A stretch of DNA of 64,000 nt from Octopus vulgaris (taxonomy: Eukaryota), in NCBI GenBank assembly GCA_951406725.2, contig OX597832.1, positions 1 to 64,000 of the forward strand. Reading direction: 5' to 3'. The stretch's first letter is position 1; the number at the start of each line of letters is the position of its first letter. The notes under the pieces were generated by a model that worked only from the letters and a program-made list of their open reading frames with translations, was not told the DNA's origin and ran no database searches. The translations under genes were made by a program, and so were the position numbers. Positions 51,055 to 62,053 of the stretch are shown in pieces.

Positions 51055-52598
51055 CTAGCATTATGACCCTTTGTTGCCGGGTCATAGTGCTAGTGCATGT
51101 ATATATGTGTACATATTACATGTACATCTATATATATACATCTACACATAAAATACAAAGTTATATCTTGATATCGCTAGTGATAACAATACTCAAAATA
51201 TATAACAGACTGGAATTGTAGGCCCGTCTCTTGCAATTTCGATCAATTGTATTCTTGTCCTCCCTCTTGTATAGAAGTGTGGCTACAATCCTGCCTACCT
51301 CTACTTCTGGGGGGACATTTTTAAGGTAAAAATAAAATATTTCCACTTTGCAAGGTTTGAGTCGAGTACTCCTTTGCATGCTCCGTTGTCTCGAACCTTG
51401 CCTCTATTGTGGCGAATTTACCGCCTCTGGTTAGATACTTGATATCTTTCATAGTCGCACCAAGACACTTTTCGATGGTGCTTTCCTCCAGGTGTTAAAA
51501 TCTTTTTTTTTCTCTACATTGTATACTTTGTAGACAATAGTCTTTTCTTTAATTTAATTTTTTATTTTGTTTGGTGGTGTTATCCTAGATTCACCATCTT
51601 TGTTGGTGATCAATCCGAAATAGGTTTGTATTTCTTCCATTTTAATTGAGTTCGCGCCCGCTGACGGCTGCAGTGAAATTCATTTTTGGACTTTCTTCTT
51701 ACAAAAATGCTTCCGTATAAACGGTGAAAATATTGTCAATTTCCCCAAACAGAGACACAATTCAATTTTTAAACAATAACCAAAGCTCCTTCTCCCAAAG
51801 GAGGAGGGTTATGGTTTACAATTATTTAACAAATGCAACACAATAACGTTTCCCTTTTTGAGGAACAAACAAACGTGATAACAATAGTTAAACAGTAATA
51901 ATAATAACAAACCTTACGGTGAATCAAAAAGCAGTATGCAGTTGAAGCTAAAATCCTTTATGTATAAGAAATAAACCAATAGCAGTACTCAGTAGAAGCG
52001 GCCGTTCGAGAAAACAGACATTACATACTACCAAACTTCATATAGATACTTAATGCTAGCTAATTAGCAGATAATCTAATCTAATCTAAAAGGTATGTGC
52101 ACAGCTCCATCTGGACTATTCCATTTCTGCACACTAATTTTATTTTTAATTTATTCCCATTCATGTGAAACCACTTATTCAAGTTCAAGTCATTGATGCA
52201 ATTTTATACCAATTGCTATTTTTACTTTTGTTATGTTACGATTTAATTATTATATTATACTTTAGTTTGATTTTAATTATTACTTACTACATATAATTCA
52301 ATTGTTATTATTATCTCTAATTTTTATTGTTAAAGTGAAAGTATCTGACATAAAATAGAGAAATGTTTTTGTTTCACTTTTAACACGTAATACTGAAATA
52401 GTGGAGAAGATATGATATTGCTATGGGCTTGCCCTAGTCAAGAAGTTGAACATTTTTTTTGCCCATGAAACTACTTGGATGCTAAGTAAGGCATATGTTA
52501 AATTTGAATGAAATTGTTTGTGTAGTTCTCAAGTTTTAGGGAAACACACAGACAGACAGACACACATTCTCAGTTTTATATATATATATATATATATA
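51055..52598 (-). mobile_element. Non-autonomous Helitron-like element carrying a Tx1-like ORF1 fragment (copy A)
   Basis: CTAG end with hairpin CTAGCATTATGACCC..GGGTCATAGTGCTAG at 51055-51093; other end GACAGACAGACACACATTCTCAGTTTTATATA; internal ORF1-like peptide NVPPEVEVGRIVATLLYK. Confidence 0.65.
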
Positions 52599-53141
52599 CT
52601 AGCATTAAAGACCCGTCGTTGCCGGGTCATAGTGCTAGTGCATGTATATATGTGTACATATTTGTCTTGCAAACAACTTGCACGTGCAAGTGCTACCAGT
52701 TAAAAGCTCCATATATCGGAAGCTAGCAAGTGTATTGGGTCATCTACACATAAAATACAAAATACAAAGCTATATCTTGATATTGCTAGTGATAACAATA
52801 CTCAAAATACTCAAAATATATAACAGACTGGAATTGTTAGCCCGTCTCTTGTAATTTCGATCAATTGTATCTTGTCCACTCCCTCTTGTATAGAAGTGTG
52901 GCTACAATCCTGCCTACCTCTACTTCGGGGGGTGGGGTGGGGGGCATTAAAAATTTTTTTCCGGAACGTCCTACGTCCCAGATATAAAGGTAAAAATAAG
53001 ATATTTCCACTTTGTAAGTTCGAGTCGAGTACTCCCTTGCATGCTCCGTTGACTCGAACCTTGCTTCTATTGTGGCGAATTTACCACCTCTGATACCTTT
53101 CATAGTCGCACCAAGACACTTTTCGAAGGCGCTTTCCTCCA
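52599..53141 (-). mobile_element. Second tandem copy (B) of the same Helitron-like element, interrupted by the Tx1-like array
   Basis: Colinear with 51055-51490 up to CTTTCCTCCA. Peptide EESAFEKCLGATMKGIRGGKFATIEARFES is homologous to ORF1 EEKKIENCLKPIMDKITYINRGKKYGTVEVRFTS. Confidence 0.75.
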
Positions 53142-53390
53142 TGTTGTTTTATTATTACCCACAAGGGGCGAACACAGATGGGACAATACAATCTGATGAT
53201 GGGGTCAGACAAACGAATGGGTTTTTACAATAAATCGGGTTTAAAAATTTTCATGAATAACAATAAATGGACAAAAATCGAGTGATAGGACAGACCGGAA
53301 GACATTACGGGTGGAGTGGGTGCGGGTTTAGCTCGGACCCCACGAGCCCCGCCTCCCCACTGATACTTTTGGTTGCACTTGGTATTACAT

Positions 53391-56300
53391 TTATGTTGTA
53401 ACTTTCATTCGCAACTTCCGTGCTACATCCTTCCATCGTTCTTCATACGCTCTCCTAGTCAGGCATATTCTCTCCAGCCCTATCTTCCTTTTCAGGTGAA
53501 AGATGAAATAATTCATCAAACCAGGGCCGGAGATGAACTTGCCTGACTGTAAACCTTTCATTCTCGTCTTCCATATCACCTCTTTCGCGATTGCTACTAC
53601 AACGAGAAAACGAAACTTACCTTCATTCACGAGGAAATCCGGTGGGTCAATTTTTGTAATCGACTCAGTCGACAGCTGTACTCTTCGTGTACCTGACAAC
53701 AGGTGTTCGGCATAAACCCACACCTCAGACACGTCCGGACAATGAACAATCGCGTGCGGGACGGTTTCCCTATCCCGCCCGCATCTTGGACATATCGGAC
53801 TGTCTTGGCCACCGTGCCTTGCGAGTTTATCCCGAACAGGTAGAGCTCCTCTGTAGCATTGCCATGCCAGAGACTTCTGGAAGTTGTCCAGTGTCCTTGG
53901 CTCGAACGTACGTCGGAACAGACTGGCCAGCTGATTATCGTCGAGACCTAGGGTTTCCCCCAAGGTATCTTCACATTCCGCCTCTACCAACCCTCTATAG
54001 AAGAAAGTGGTGGAACCCCCACCGCAGGCGTTGCCCGAGCGACGGAATAGCAGGAGAGCCTTGCGACACTCCGTGTACCAAGTACCAAGTTTCGATCTAC
54101 GATTCAGCCAGGTTTCCCATCCACCGAAACTAGTGAACTTGGGAAACATCAGTTTTGCTAGCGAAGACCACACCCGTTCACCATCCAGGTAGAGCCACAG
54201 ATGTCTTAACCTCAGCGCATGTCTGCGCATCATCAGCCAAGGCATCCCTAGCCCACCCTTTAACGGTTGTTGACAGCAAGTAGAGCGTTTCACAAGTGGT
54301 TTCCCGCCCTTCCACAAGAAGTAGAAGAGCTGTCTTTCCAACTTGATCAACCACGAATCAGGGCAAGGAACGACGGAAAGGCGGTAGGTGATAACCGATG
54401 CGATAAACACATTGGCCACCTCCGCCCTCCCTTTCAGGGATAGCCACCGCCAAGACCAGGTCTTGGCTACTGCAGCCACCTTGCTCGTTACCTCGCCCCA
54501 ATTCTTCTCTATTTGGAGGTCTGGACCGAACCAGACCCCTAGCAGTTTAATCGGACCCTCCGTCCAACGTCCCACGACGCTGTCAGGAGGCATCGACTTG
54601 CCTCTCCAGGTGCCGAGTTGCAAGCCGACTGACTTTTCGCGATTAACTTTTGCTCCTGTCACCGTCTCGTACACCTCTATGGCCTTGCCTACTTTACATA
54701 GGTGGTCCATTTCGGTTACGATGATGGTGATGTCATCCGCGTACGCTGACACTGATTTTCCATTACCTGGCTGTCTCGGGATGCCGCTCAGTTTTCGCAG
54801 TAATGGCTCAAGAGCCATCACGTACAAAAGCGGGGAGAGCGGACACCCTTGACGAACCGAGCGTTTGATTTTGAACGGCTTCGACAAGAAGCCGTTCACC
54901 CGAACTACCGAGTCGATGTTATCATAAATTTCGATAATCCACCTGAGGAATCCAAGGCTCAGCCCGAACTGTGCCAGGGCAGATACCAGGTAACGATGGT
55001 CGACCCTATCAAAAGCTTTAGATTGGTCTAAATGGACCAGTGCCCCACCCTTGCCAGAATCACTATTAAACCCCTCTATAGTGTACCGCATTAGATGGAG
55101 ATTATCCTGAATGGATCTGCCCGGAACGGCACATGTCTGTGCCCCTCCGATCAGACCATCCGCGACACGCGCCAATCTTTTCGATAACACTTTGGCCAAA
55201 ATCTTCAACTCTGTGTTTAGCAGAGTGATGGGCCTGAAATTATCAATGCACTCCCCCTTGCTCGGGTCCTTTCTGACGAGAGTCACTACTCCCCGGCGCA
55301 CAGATCTGGGTATAAGCCCGTTCTGCTGCCAGTTCGCGTAGACCTCCGCCAGTAGGTGCCCGAACAAGTCTGGCATACTCTTATATAACTCATAGGGTAG
55401 ACCATCCAAACCCGGCGCCTTGCCCGCGCCGCAGTCTGCCATTGCCTCAACCACCTCCTCAGGCGTGATTGGCCCTTCACAGCCCTCCGCATCTCGCCCC
55501 GATAAGCGCGGCAGACCGTCGAGTAGGTCCGTAAAGGCCCTCCTCCTATCCAGTCCGCCGCACTCACCGAAAAGCTGAGCGAAGTGCTCCTGAAAGGCCT
55601 CACACATCTCCTCGGGTTCGTTTATCAACTCACCTTGTTGGTTCGTCAAAGATCGAATCGTGGCATCGTTACCATGCTGAGCTTCCACCACTCGGGCCCA
55701 TCTCACGGCGTTGATTCCTTCACATCCCATATGACGGATTCTAGCCCTGACAATGCAGCCCATGTGTTTGGCCTCGAGGTGCTGGTTTAACACCAGTCTC
55801 TTGGCCGCCACCTGAGCCGCAGAGCCAGTTTTCATGGCTTCCTCTAATTCCTTAACTAGAGTAGTTTCCCTTCTAGCCTCTCTAGACACTACTCCTATGC
55901 TATATCTAATAGACTCAAACTTGATGGCTCGTTTGAGGGCGTACCACCATTTGTTATTAATGATGGTACCAGATAGTGCCCTCTGAATTATATTCCTAAT
56001 CCGGTCTTTGTACTCCTTAATCGCCAAAAGGGACGTATTAAGTTTCCAGTAACCGGATCCTCTATTTTTAACCTTATCTATGTCAAGCTTACAAGTGACC
56101 ATTTTATGATCACTGTAGCTGATCGGGTAAAACTGTGGACACTTAGCTATTTTACTGTCTACTTTTCTAATTAGTATTCTATCTAGATACGACCTGGAAG
56201 ATCCGTCGCTGTTTGACCATGTCCACAATGGAGCGTTCGGAAATTCCAGCCTATAAGGATCTGCTAGCTCAAAGCGGCTTAGCAGTTCCATGAAGCCACT

Positions 56301-56786
56301 GTTGCCTTTTCTATCTGGACACGAGCCAACATAATCTACATCCGCTTTGCAAATTGTGTTAAAGTCTCCTAGCACCACTAATGAATGCGAAGTACCAAGA
56401 AAGTTTTCTATTTCACGAAAATAATCACTTTGCCCTGTATGGTTGGGTGCGTAAATTGCAACCAGTCTGATAACTTTACCATTACTGAACGTCAAATCCA
56501 TGACGACCAGCCTACCTTCTGGATCTGCAAAAATTAACTTTTTCTCAGAAACCCGGTTTCTTTTTAATAGGACCAACACCCCACTCCCGCCTGTAGGACT
56601 GCCAGGAGAGAAAAAACTCTCGTAGCCGTCAAACAGCGGGAGTAGACCTCTTGGCCCCTCTAGCCGGGTTTCTGTAGCAACAATAACATCTAAATTACGC
56701 GACCTGATATCATGCAGGAAGCGACCTTGCTTCCAGCCTGCTCCCAGGCCGCGCACATTTAAACAACCAACATAAATGTAATCCAT
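53391..56786 (-). CDS. ORF2: APE endonuclease + reverse transcriptase + C-terminal zinc motif (1131 aa), copy 1
   Basis: LNVRGL, IYAPN, LGDFN, RSYLDRIL, SDH, GYWKLNTSLL, KAPGLDGLP, FRPITLLN, DQSKAFDRV, RQGCPLSPLLY, YADD, GGLG, CPRC..ETVPHAIVHC. Confidence 0.97.
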   Translation of the reverse strand: MDYIYVGCLNVRGLGAGWKQGRFLHDIRSRNLDVIVATETRLEGPRGLLPLFDGYESFFSPGSPTGGSGVLVLLKRNRVSEKKLIFADPEGRLVVMDLTFSNGKVIRLVAIYAPNHTGQSDYFREIENFLGTSHSLVVLGDFNTICKADVDYVGSCPDRKGNSGFMELLSRFELADPYRLEFPNAPLWTWSNSDGSSRSYLDRILIRKVDSKIAKCPQFYPISYSDHKMVTCKLDIDKVKNRGSGYWKLNTSLLAIKEYKDRIRNIIQRALSGTIINNKWWYALKRAIKFESIRYSIGVVSREARRETTLVKELEEAMKTGSAAQVAAKRLVLNQHLEAKHMGCIVRARIRHMGCEGINAVRWARVVEAQHGNDATIRSLTNQQGELINEPEEMCEAFQEHFAQLFGECGGLDRRRAFTDLLDGLPRLSGRDAEGCEGPITPEEVVEAMADCGAGKAPGLDGLPYELYKSMPDLFGHLLAEVYANWQQNGLIPRSVRRGVVTLVRKDPSKGECIDNFRPITLLNTELKILAKVLSKRLARVADGLIGGAQTCAVPGRSIQDNLHLMRYTIEGFNSDSGKGGALVHLDQSKAFDRVDHRYLVSALAQFGLSLGFLRWIIEIYDNIDSVVRVNGFLSKPFKIKRSVRQGCPLSPLLYVMALEPLLRKLSGIPRQPGNGKSVSAYADDITIIVTEMDHLCKVGKAIEVYETVTGAKVNREKSVGLQLGTWRGKSMPPDSVVGRWTEGPIKLLGVWFGPDLQIEKNWGEVTSKVAAVAKTWSWRWLSLKGRAEVANVFIASVITYRLSVVPCPDSWLIKLERQLFYFLWKGGKPLVKRSTCCQQPLKGGLGMPWLMMRRHALRLRHLWLYLDGERVWSSLAKLMFPKFTSFGGWETWLNRRSKLGTWYTECRKALLLFRRSGNACGGGSTTFFYRGLVEAECEDTLGETLGLDDNQLASLFRRTFEPRTLDNFQKSLAWQCYRGALPVRDKLARHGGQDSPICPRCGRDRETVPHAIVHCPDVSEVWVYAEHLLSGTRRVQLSTESITKIDPPDFLVNEGKFRFLVVVAIAKEVIWKTRMKGLQSGKFISGPGLMNYFIFHLKRKIGLERICLTRRAYEERWKDVARKLRMKVTT

Positions 56787-56795
56787 TACTTACCT

Positions 56796-58172
56796 TTATA
56801 TCAGTGGTTCGGTTTTTTCTTCTTCTTCCTTCTCTTTTTCTGGGCCTCGTGGGGGAGTCTGACGTAGGCCCTCGAATATATGTGGAGATGTTACATCCAA
56901 CCTAAGTGGGCCTACGTCATGGAAGAATTCTGACTTTATCCGCCCGTAATCCTTCCGGTCTATTTTGTAAATTAGAAAGTCATTTTTTTTCTCTACTCTC
57001 TTCACATTGGCCATGGCTGCCAACACGTTTCCGAGTCTGCTATTTGATGCTTTTACGGCCATATATGAGTTCATTGACTCTTTTTTCTTTTTTAAAATTA
57101 CTCTGGGAGGGGTGGTTTCCGTTTTTCTTTTTTTTTTCCGATAATTTTTGCCCACCCCTCCTCATTTATCTTTTCCTCGCTCTTTTTTTCTCCGCCGCTG
57201 GTTCTGCTGTTACCATCACCTCCACACCTTCAGTCTTCCCTTCTGGGCCGTCTGACGCTGCTTCTGGTGACACATTGTCTTCTTTTCCTTTTGGCTTAGG
57301 TGCTTCCTGCGGTTTGGGTTGGGGCTGGCATTCCGCCCTTACATGCCCCTTCTTACTGCAGCCGAAGCACCTCGGCTTTCTGCCCTCTACGAAGACTGTG
57401 ACTCTTTCATCTTCGCTTATCCTAAGAGTCTCTGGGATCTCTTCCAGGGTTTGTACTTCTGCTTGTATGGCTATTATTATCTTTTGCCCTTTCCAGAATT
57501 CTTCTTCTTCTACGGTGGCCTGGAGGATGTTTATTTTTTCCTCCAGGCCTACCATAACTGCTGCTACTAGGACTTCGGCATCCGCTTCTGGCGGGATGTT
57601 GTTCATAGTGATTTTGGAAGTTCTCTTGCCTTTATACAGGGGTAGGAGAACAATATCCTCCGCTTTTATGGGTTCCATGGATAGCTTCTTCGCTACCTCC
57701 TCTGACGTGAATCTCACCTCCACTGTGCCGTATTTCTTCCCTCGATTGATATATGTAATTTTATCCATTATTGGCTTTAAGCAGTTTTCAATCTTTTTCT
57801 CCTCTATTTTTTGGATTGCTCTGTTTGTTATACTGAATGTCTTATAGATTATTCTCCTATTCGAAATATCCTCCTGTATTTGGGCGTTTGAAGCCACGGT
57901 TACTTCCGTGCCCTCTTTTGACACACAGTCCGCATGTTTTCCCAGGTTGTCCACGTTAATTTTTTTAATTTTCTTCCCAGCCACTTCAGCGAATTTTTTT
58001 GCTGGAGTTGATGCTGGTACTGGTTTTACCATTTTCTTGGGCGACGCCGCCTCTTTTTTCTTCGGCGACAGCGCCTCTTTTTTTCTTGGCGACAACGCCT
58101 CTTTTTACTTGGCGACAACGCCGGGTATTCATCCTCGCTCGTCACGGGCGAATAAGTGATGGGGGACTCCAT
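56796..58172 (-). CDS. ORF1 (gag-like, CCHC knuckle), copy 1; probably one ORF broken at A-homopolymers
   Basis: ATG at 58172 (MESPITYSP..), SPxK repeats, CFGCSKKGHVRAEC. Track ORFs 57166-58095 and 56796-57155 join if the A-runs are adjusted by 1 nt. Confidence 0.8.
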
Positions 58173-58648
58173 TTTGAACAAATGGCTTTAACAAGCCTTT
58201 GGTAATCTAAATTGATTGTAGTTTTCCCCCACTGAGGGGGGAACACCAACGCGAAGTCTTCGCGCGAAGGTTGACTTCGTCCGTTAGACAACAATGGACA
58301 AAAAAAGGTAGACCAACAGTATATAATAACAGAGATAAGTAGTATGAGAGCAAAAATATATATCAACTTACTAATAACGCAATAAATTGATTTCCTCCAT
58401 GTTGTTTTATTATTACCCACAAGGGGCGAACACAGATGGGACAATACATTCTGATGATGGGGTCAGACAAACGAATGGGTTTTTACAATAAATCGGGTTT
58501 AAAAATTTTCATGAATAACAATAAATGGACAGAAATCGAGTGATAGGACAGACCGGAAGACATTACGGGTGGAGTGGGTGCGGGTTTAGCTCGGACCCCA
58601 CGAGCCCCGCCTCCCCACTGATACTTTTGGTTGCACTTGGTATTACAT

Positions 58649-61600
58649 TTATGTTGTAACTTTCATTCGCAACTTCCGTGCTACATCCTTCCATCGTTCT
58701 TCATACGCTCTCCTAGTCAGGCATATTCTCTCCAGCCCTATCTTCCTTTTCAGGTGAAAGATGAAATAATTCATCAAACCAGGGCCGGAGATGAACTTGC
58801 CTGACTGTAAACCTTTCATTCTCGTCTTCCATATCACCTCTTTCGCGATTGCTACTACAACGAGAAAACGAAACTTACCTTCATTCACGAGGAAATCCGG
58901 TGGGTCAATTTTTGTAATCGACTCAGTCGACAGCTGTACTCTTCGTGTACCTGACAACAGGTGTTCGGCATAAACCCACACCTCAGACACGTCCGGACAA
59001 TGAACAATCGCGTGCGGGACGGTTTCCCTATCCCGCCTGCATCTTGGACATATCGGACTGTCTTGGCCACCGTGCCTTGCGAGTTTATCCCGAACAGGTA
59101 GAGCTCCTCTGTAGCATTGCCATGCCAGAGACTTCTGGAAGTTGTCCAGTGTCCTTGGCTCGAACGTACGTCGGAACAGACTGGCCAGCTGGTTATCGTC
59201 GAGACCTAGGGTTTCCCCCAAGGTATCTTCACATTCCGCCTCTACCAACCCTCTATAGAAGAAAGTGGTGGAACCCCCACCGCAGGCGTTGCCCGAGCGA
59301 CGGAATAGCAGGAGAGCCTTGCGACACTCCGTGTACCAAGTACCAAGTTTCGATCTACGATTCAGCCAGGTTTCCCATCCACCGAAACTAGTGAACTTGG
59401 GAAACATCAGTTTTGCTAGCGAAGACCACACCCGTTCACCATCCAGGTAGAGCCACAGATGTCTTAACCTCAGCGCATGTCTGCGCATCATCAGCCAAGG
59501 CATCCCTAGCCCACCCTTTAACGGTTGTTGACAGCAAGTAGAGCGTTTCACAAGTGGTTTCCCGCCCTTCCACAAGAAGTAGAAGAGCTGTCTTTCCAAC
59601 TTGATCAACCACGAATCAGGGCAAGGAACGACGGAAAGGCGGTAGGTGATAACCGATGCGATAAACACATTGGCCACCTCCGCCCTCCCTTTCAGGGATA
59701 GCCACCGCCAAGACCAGGTCTTGGCTACTGCAGCCACCTTGCTCGTTACCTCGCCCCAATTCTTCTCTATTTGGAGGTCTGGACCGAACCAGACCCCTAG
59801 CAGTTTAATCGGACCCTCCGTCCAACGTCCCACGACGCTGTCAGGAGGCATCGACTTGCCTCTCCAGGTGCCGAGTTGCAAGCCGACTGACTTTTCGCGA
59901 TTAACTTTTGCTCCTGTCACCGTCTCGTACACCTCTATGGCCTTGCCTACTTTACATAGGTGGTCCATTTCGGTTACGATGATGGTGATGTCATCCGCGT
60001 ACGCTGACACTGATTTTCCATTACCTGGCTGTCTCGGGATGCCGCTCAGTTTTCGCAGTAATGGCTCAAGAGCCATCACGTACAAAAGCGGGGAGAGCGG
60101 ACACCCTTGACGAACCGAGCGTTTGATTTTGAACGGCTTCGACAAGAAGCCGTTCACCCGAACTACCGAGTCGATGTTATCATAAATTTCGATAATCCAC
60201 CTGAGGAATCCAAGGCTCAGCCCGAACTGTGCCAGGGCAGATACCAGGTAACGATGGTCGACCCTATCAAAAGCTTTAGATTGGTCTAAATGGACCAGTG
60301 CCCCACCCTTGCCAGAATCACTATTAAACCCCTCTATAGTGTACCGCATTAGATGGAGATTATCCTGAATGGATCTGCCCGGAACGGCACATGTCTGTGC
60401 CCCTCCGATCAGACCATCCGCGACACGCGCCAATCTTTTCGATAACACTTTGGCCAAAATCTTCAACTCTGTGTTTAGCAGAGTGATGGGCCTGAAATTA
60501 TCAATGCACTCCCCCTTGCTCGGGTCCTTTCTGACGAGAGTCACTACTCCCCGGCGCACAGATCTGGGTATAAGCCCGTTCTGCTGCCAGTTCGCGTAGA
60601 CCTCCGCCAGTAGGTGCCCGAACAAGTCTGGCATACTCTTATATAACTCATAGGGTAGACCATCCAAACCCGGCGCCTTGCCCGCGCCGCAGTCCGCCAT
60701 TGCCTCGACCACCTCCTCAGGCGTGATTGGCCCTTCACAGCCCTCCGCATCTCGCCCCGATAAGCGCGGCAGACCGTCGAGTAGGTCCGTAAAGGCCCTC
60801 CTCCTATCCAGTCCGCCGCACTCACCGAAAAGCTGAGCGAAGTGCTCCTGAAAGGCCCCACACATCTCCTCGGGTTCGTTTATCAACTCACCTTGTTGGT
60901 TCGTCAAAGATCGAATCGTGGCATCGTTACCATGCTGAGCTTCCACCACTCGGGCCCATCTCACGGCGTTGATTCCTTCACATCCCATATGACGGATTCT
61001 AGCCCTGACAATGCAGCCCATGTGTTTGGCCTCGAGGTGCTGGTTTAACACCAGTCTCTTGGCCGCCACCTGAGCCGCAGAGCCAGTTTTCATGGCTTCC
61101 TCTAATTCCTTAACTAGAGTGGTTTCCCTTCTAGCCTCTCTAGCCACTACTCCTATGCTATATCTAATAGACTCAAACTTGATGGCTCGTTTGAGGGCGT
61201 ACCACCATTTGTTATTAATGATGGTACCAGATAGTGCCCTCTGAATTATATTCCTAATCCGGTCTTTGTACTCCTTAATCGCCAAAAGGGACGTATTAAG
61301 TTTCCAGTAACCGGATCCTCTATTTTTAACCTTATCTATGTCAAGCTTACAAGTGACCATTTTATGATCACTGTAGCTGATCGGGTAAAACTGTGGACAC
61401 TTAGCTATTTTACTGTCTACTTTTCTAATTAGTATTCTATCTAGATACGACCTGGAAGATCCGTCGCTGTTTGACCATGTCCACAATGGAGCGTTCGGAA
61501 ATTCCAGCCTATAAGGATCTGCTAGCTCAAAGCGGCTTAGCAGTTCCATGAAGCCACTGTTGCCTTTTCTATCTGGACACGAGCCAACATAATCTACATC

Positions 61601-62044
61601 CGCTTTGCAAATTGTGTTAAAGTCTCCTAGCACCACTAATGAATGCGAAGTACCAAGAAAGTTTTCTAGTTCACGAAAATAATCACTTTGCCCTGTATGG
61701 TTGGGTGCGTAAATTGCAACCAGTCTGATAACTTTACCATTACTGAACGTCAAATCCATGACGACCAGCCTACCTTCTGGATCTGCAAAAATTAACTTTT
61801 TCTCAGAAACCCGGTTTCTTTTTAATAGGACCAACACCCCACTCCCGCCTGTAGGACTGCCAGGAGAGAAAAAACTCTCGTAGCCGTCAAACAGCGGGAG
61901 TAGACCTCTTGGCCCCTCTAGCCGGGTTTCTGTAGCAACAATAACATCTAAATTACGCGACCTGATATCATGCAGGAAGCGACCTTGCTTCCAGCCTGCT
62001 CCCAGGCCGCGCACATTTAAACAACCAACATAAATGTAATCCAT
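58649..62044 (-). CDS. ORF2 (1131 aa), copy 2
   Basis: Same motifs as copy 1; four amino-acid differences seen (REIE/RELE, VSRE/VARE, CEAF/CGAF, RCGR/RCRR). Confidence 0.97.
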   Translation of the reverse strand: MDYIYVGCLNVRGLGAGWKQGRFLHDIRSRNLDVIVATETRLEGPRGLLPLFDGYESFFSPGSPTGGSGVLVLLKRNRVSEKKLIFADPEGRLVVMDLTFSNGKVIRLVAIYAPNHTGQSDYFRELENFLGTSHSLVVLGDFNTICKADVDYVGSCPDRKGNSGFMELLSRFELADPYRLEFPNAPLWTWSNSDGSSRSYLDRILIRKVDSKIAKCPQFYPISYSDHKMVTCKLDIDKVKNRGSGYWKLNTSLLAIKEYKDRIRNIIQRALSGTIINNKWWYALKRAIKFESIRYSIGVVAREARRETTLVKELEEAMKTGSAAQVAAKRLVLNQHLEAKHMGCIVRARIRHMGCEGINAVRWARVVEAQHGNDATIRSLTNQQGELINEPEEMCGAFQEHFAQLFGECGGLDRRRAFTDLLDGLPRLSGRDAEGCEGPITPEEVVEAMADCGAGKAPGLDGLPYELYKSMPDLFGHLLAEVYANWQQNGLIPRSVRRGVVTLVRKDPSKGECIDNFRPITLLNTELKILAKVLSKRLARVADGLIGGAQTCAVPGRSIQDNLHLMRYTIEGFNSDSGKGGALVHLDQSKAFDRVDHRYLVSALAQFGLSLGFLRWIIEIYDNIDSVVRVNGFLSKPFKIKRSVRQGCPLSPLLYVMALEPLLRKLSGIPRQPGNGKSVSAYADDITIIVTEMDHLCKVGKAIEVYETVTGAKVNREKSVGLQLGTWRGKSMPPDSVVGRWTEGPIKLLGVWFGPDLQIEKNWGEVTSKVAAVAKTWSWRWLSLKGRAEVANVFIASVITYRLSVVPCPDSWLIKLERQLFYFLWKGGKPLVKRSTCCQQPLKGGLGMPWLMMRRHALRLRHLWLYLDGERVWSSLAKLMFPKFTSFGGWETWLNRRSKLGTWYTECRKALLLFRRSGNACGGGSTTFFYRGLVEAECEDTLGETLGLDDNQLASLFRRTFEPRTLDNFQKSLAWQCYRGALPVRDKLARHGGQDSPICPRCRRDRETVPHAIVHCPDVSEVWVYAEHLLSGTRRVQLSTESITKIDPPDFLVNEGKFRFLVVVAIAKEVIWKTRMKGLQSGKFISGPGLMNYFIFHLKRKIGLERICLTRRAYEERWKDVARKLRMKVTT

Positions 62045-62053
62045 TACTTACCT

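Larger units (their letters stand above)
53142..58390 (-). mobile_element. Full-length Tx1-like (L1-clade) non-LTR retrotransposon, copy 1
   Basis: 5' UTR, ORF1 with CCHC knuckle, intact ORF2 and ~250-nt 3' UTR; bounded by TTTCCTCCA at 53133-53141 and 58391-58399. Confidence 0.95.

Noticed and set aside
53133-53144. Junction motif as a U1/U2/U5/U6 snRNA, tRNA or rRNA target
   Set aside because: I could not match TGGAGGAAA or its flanks to those RNAs from memory, and no RNA gene is visible around the site.
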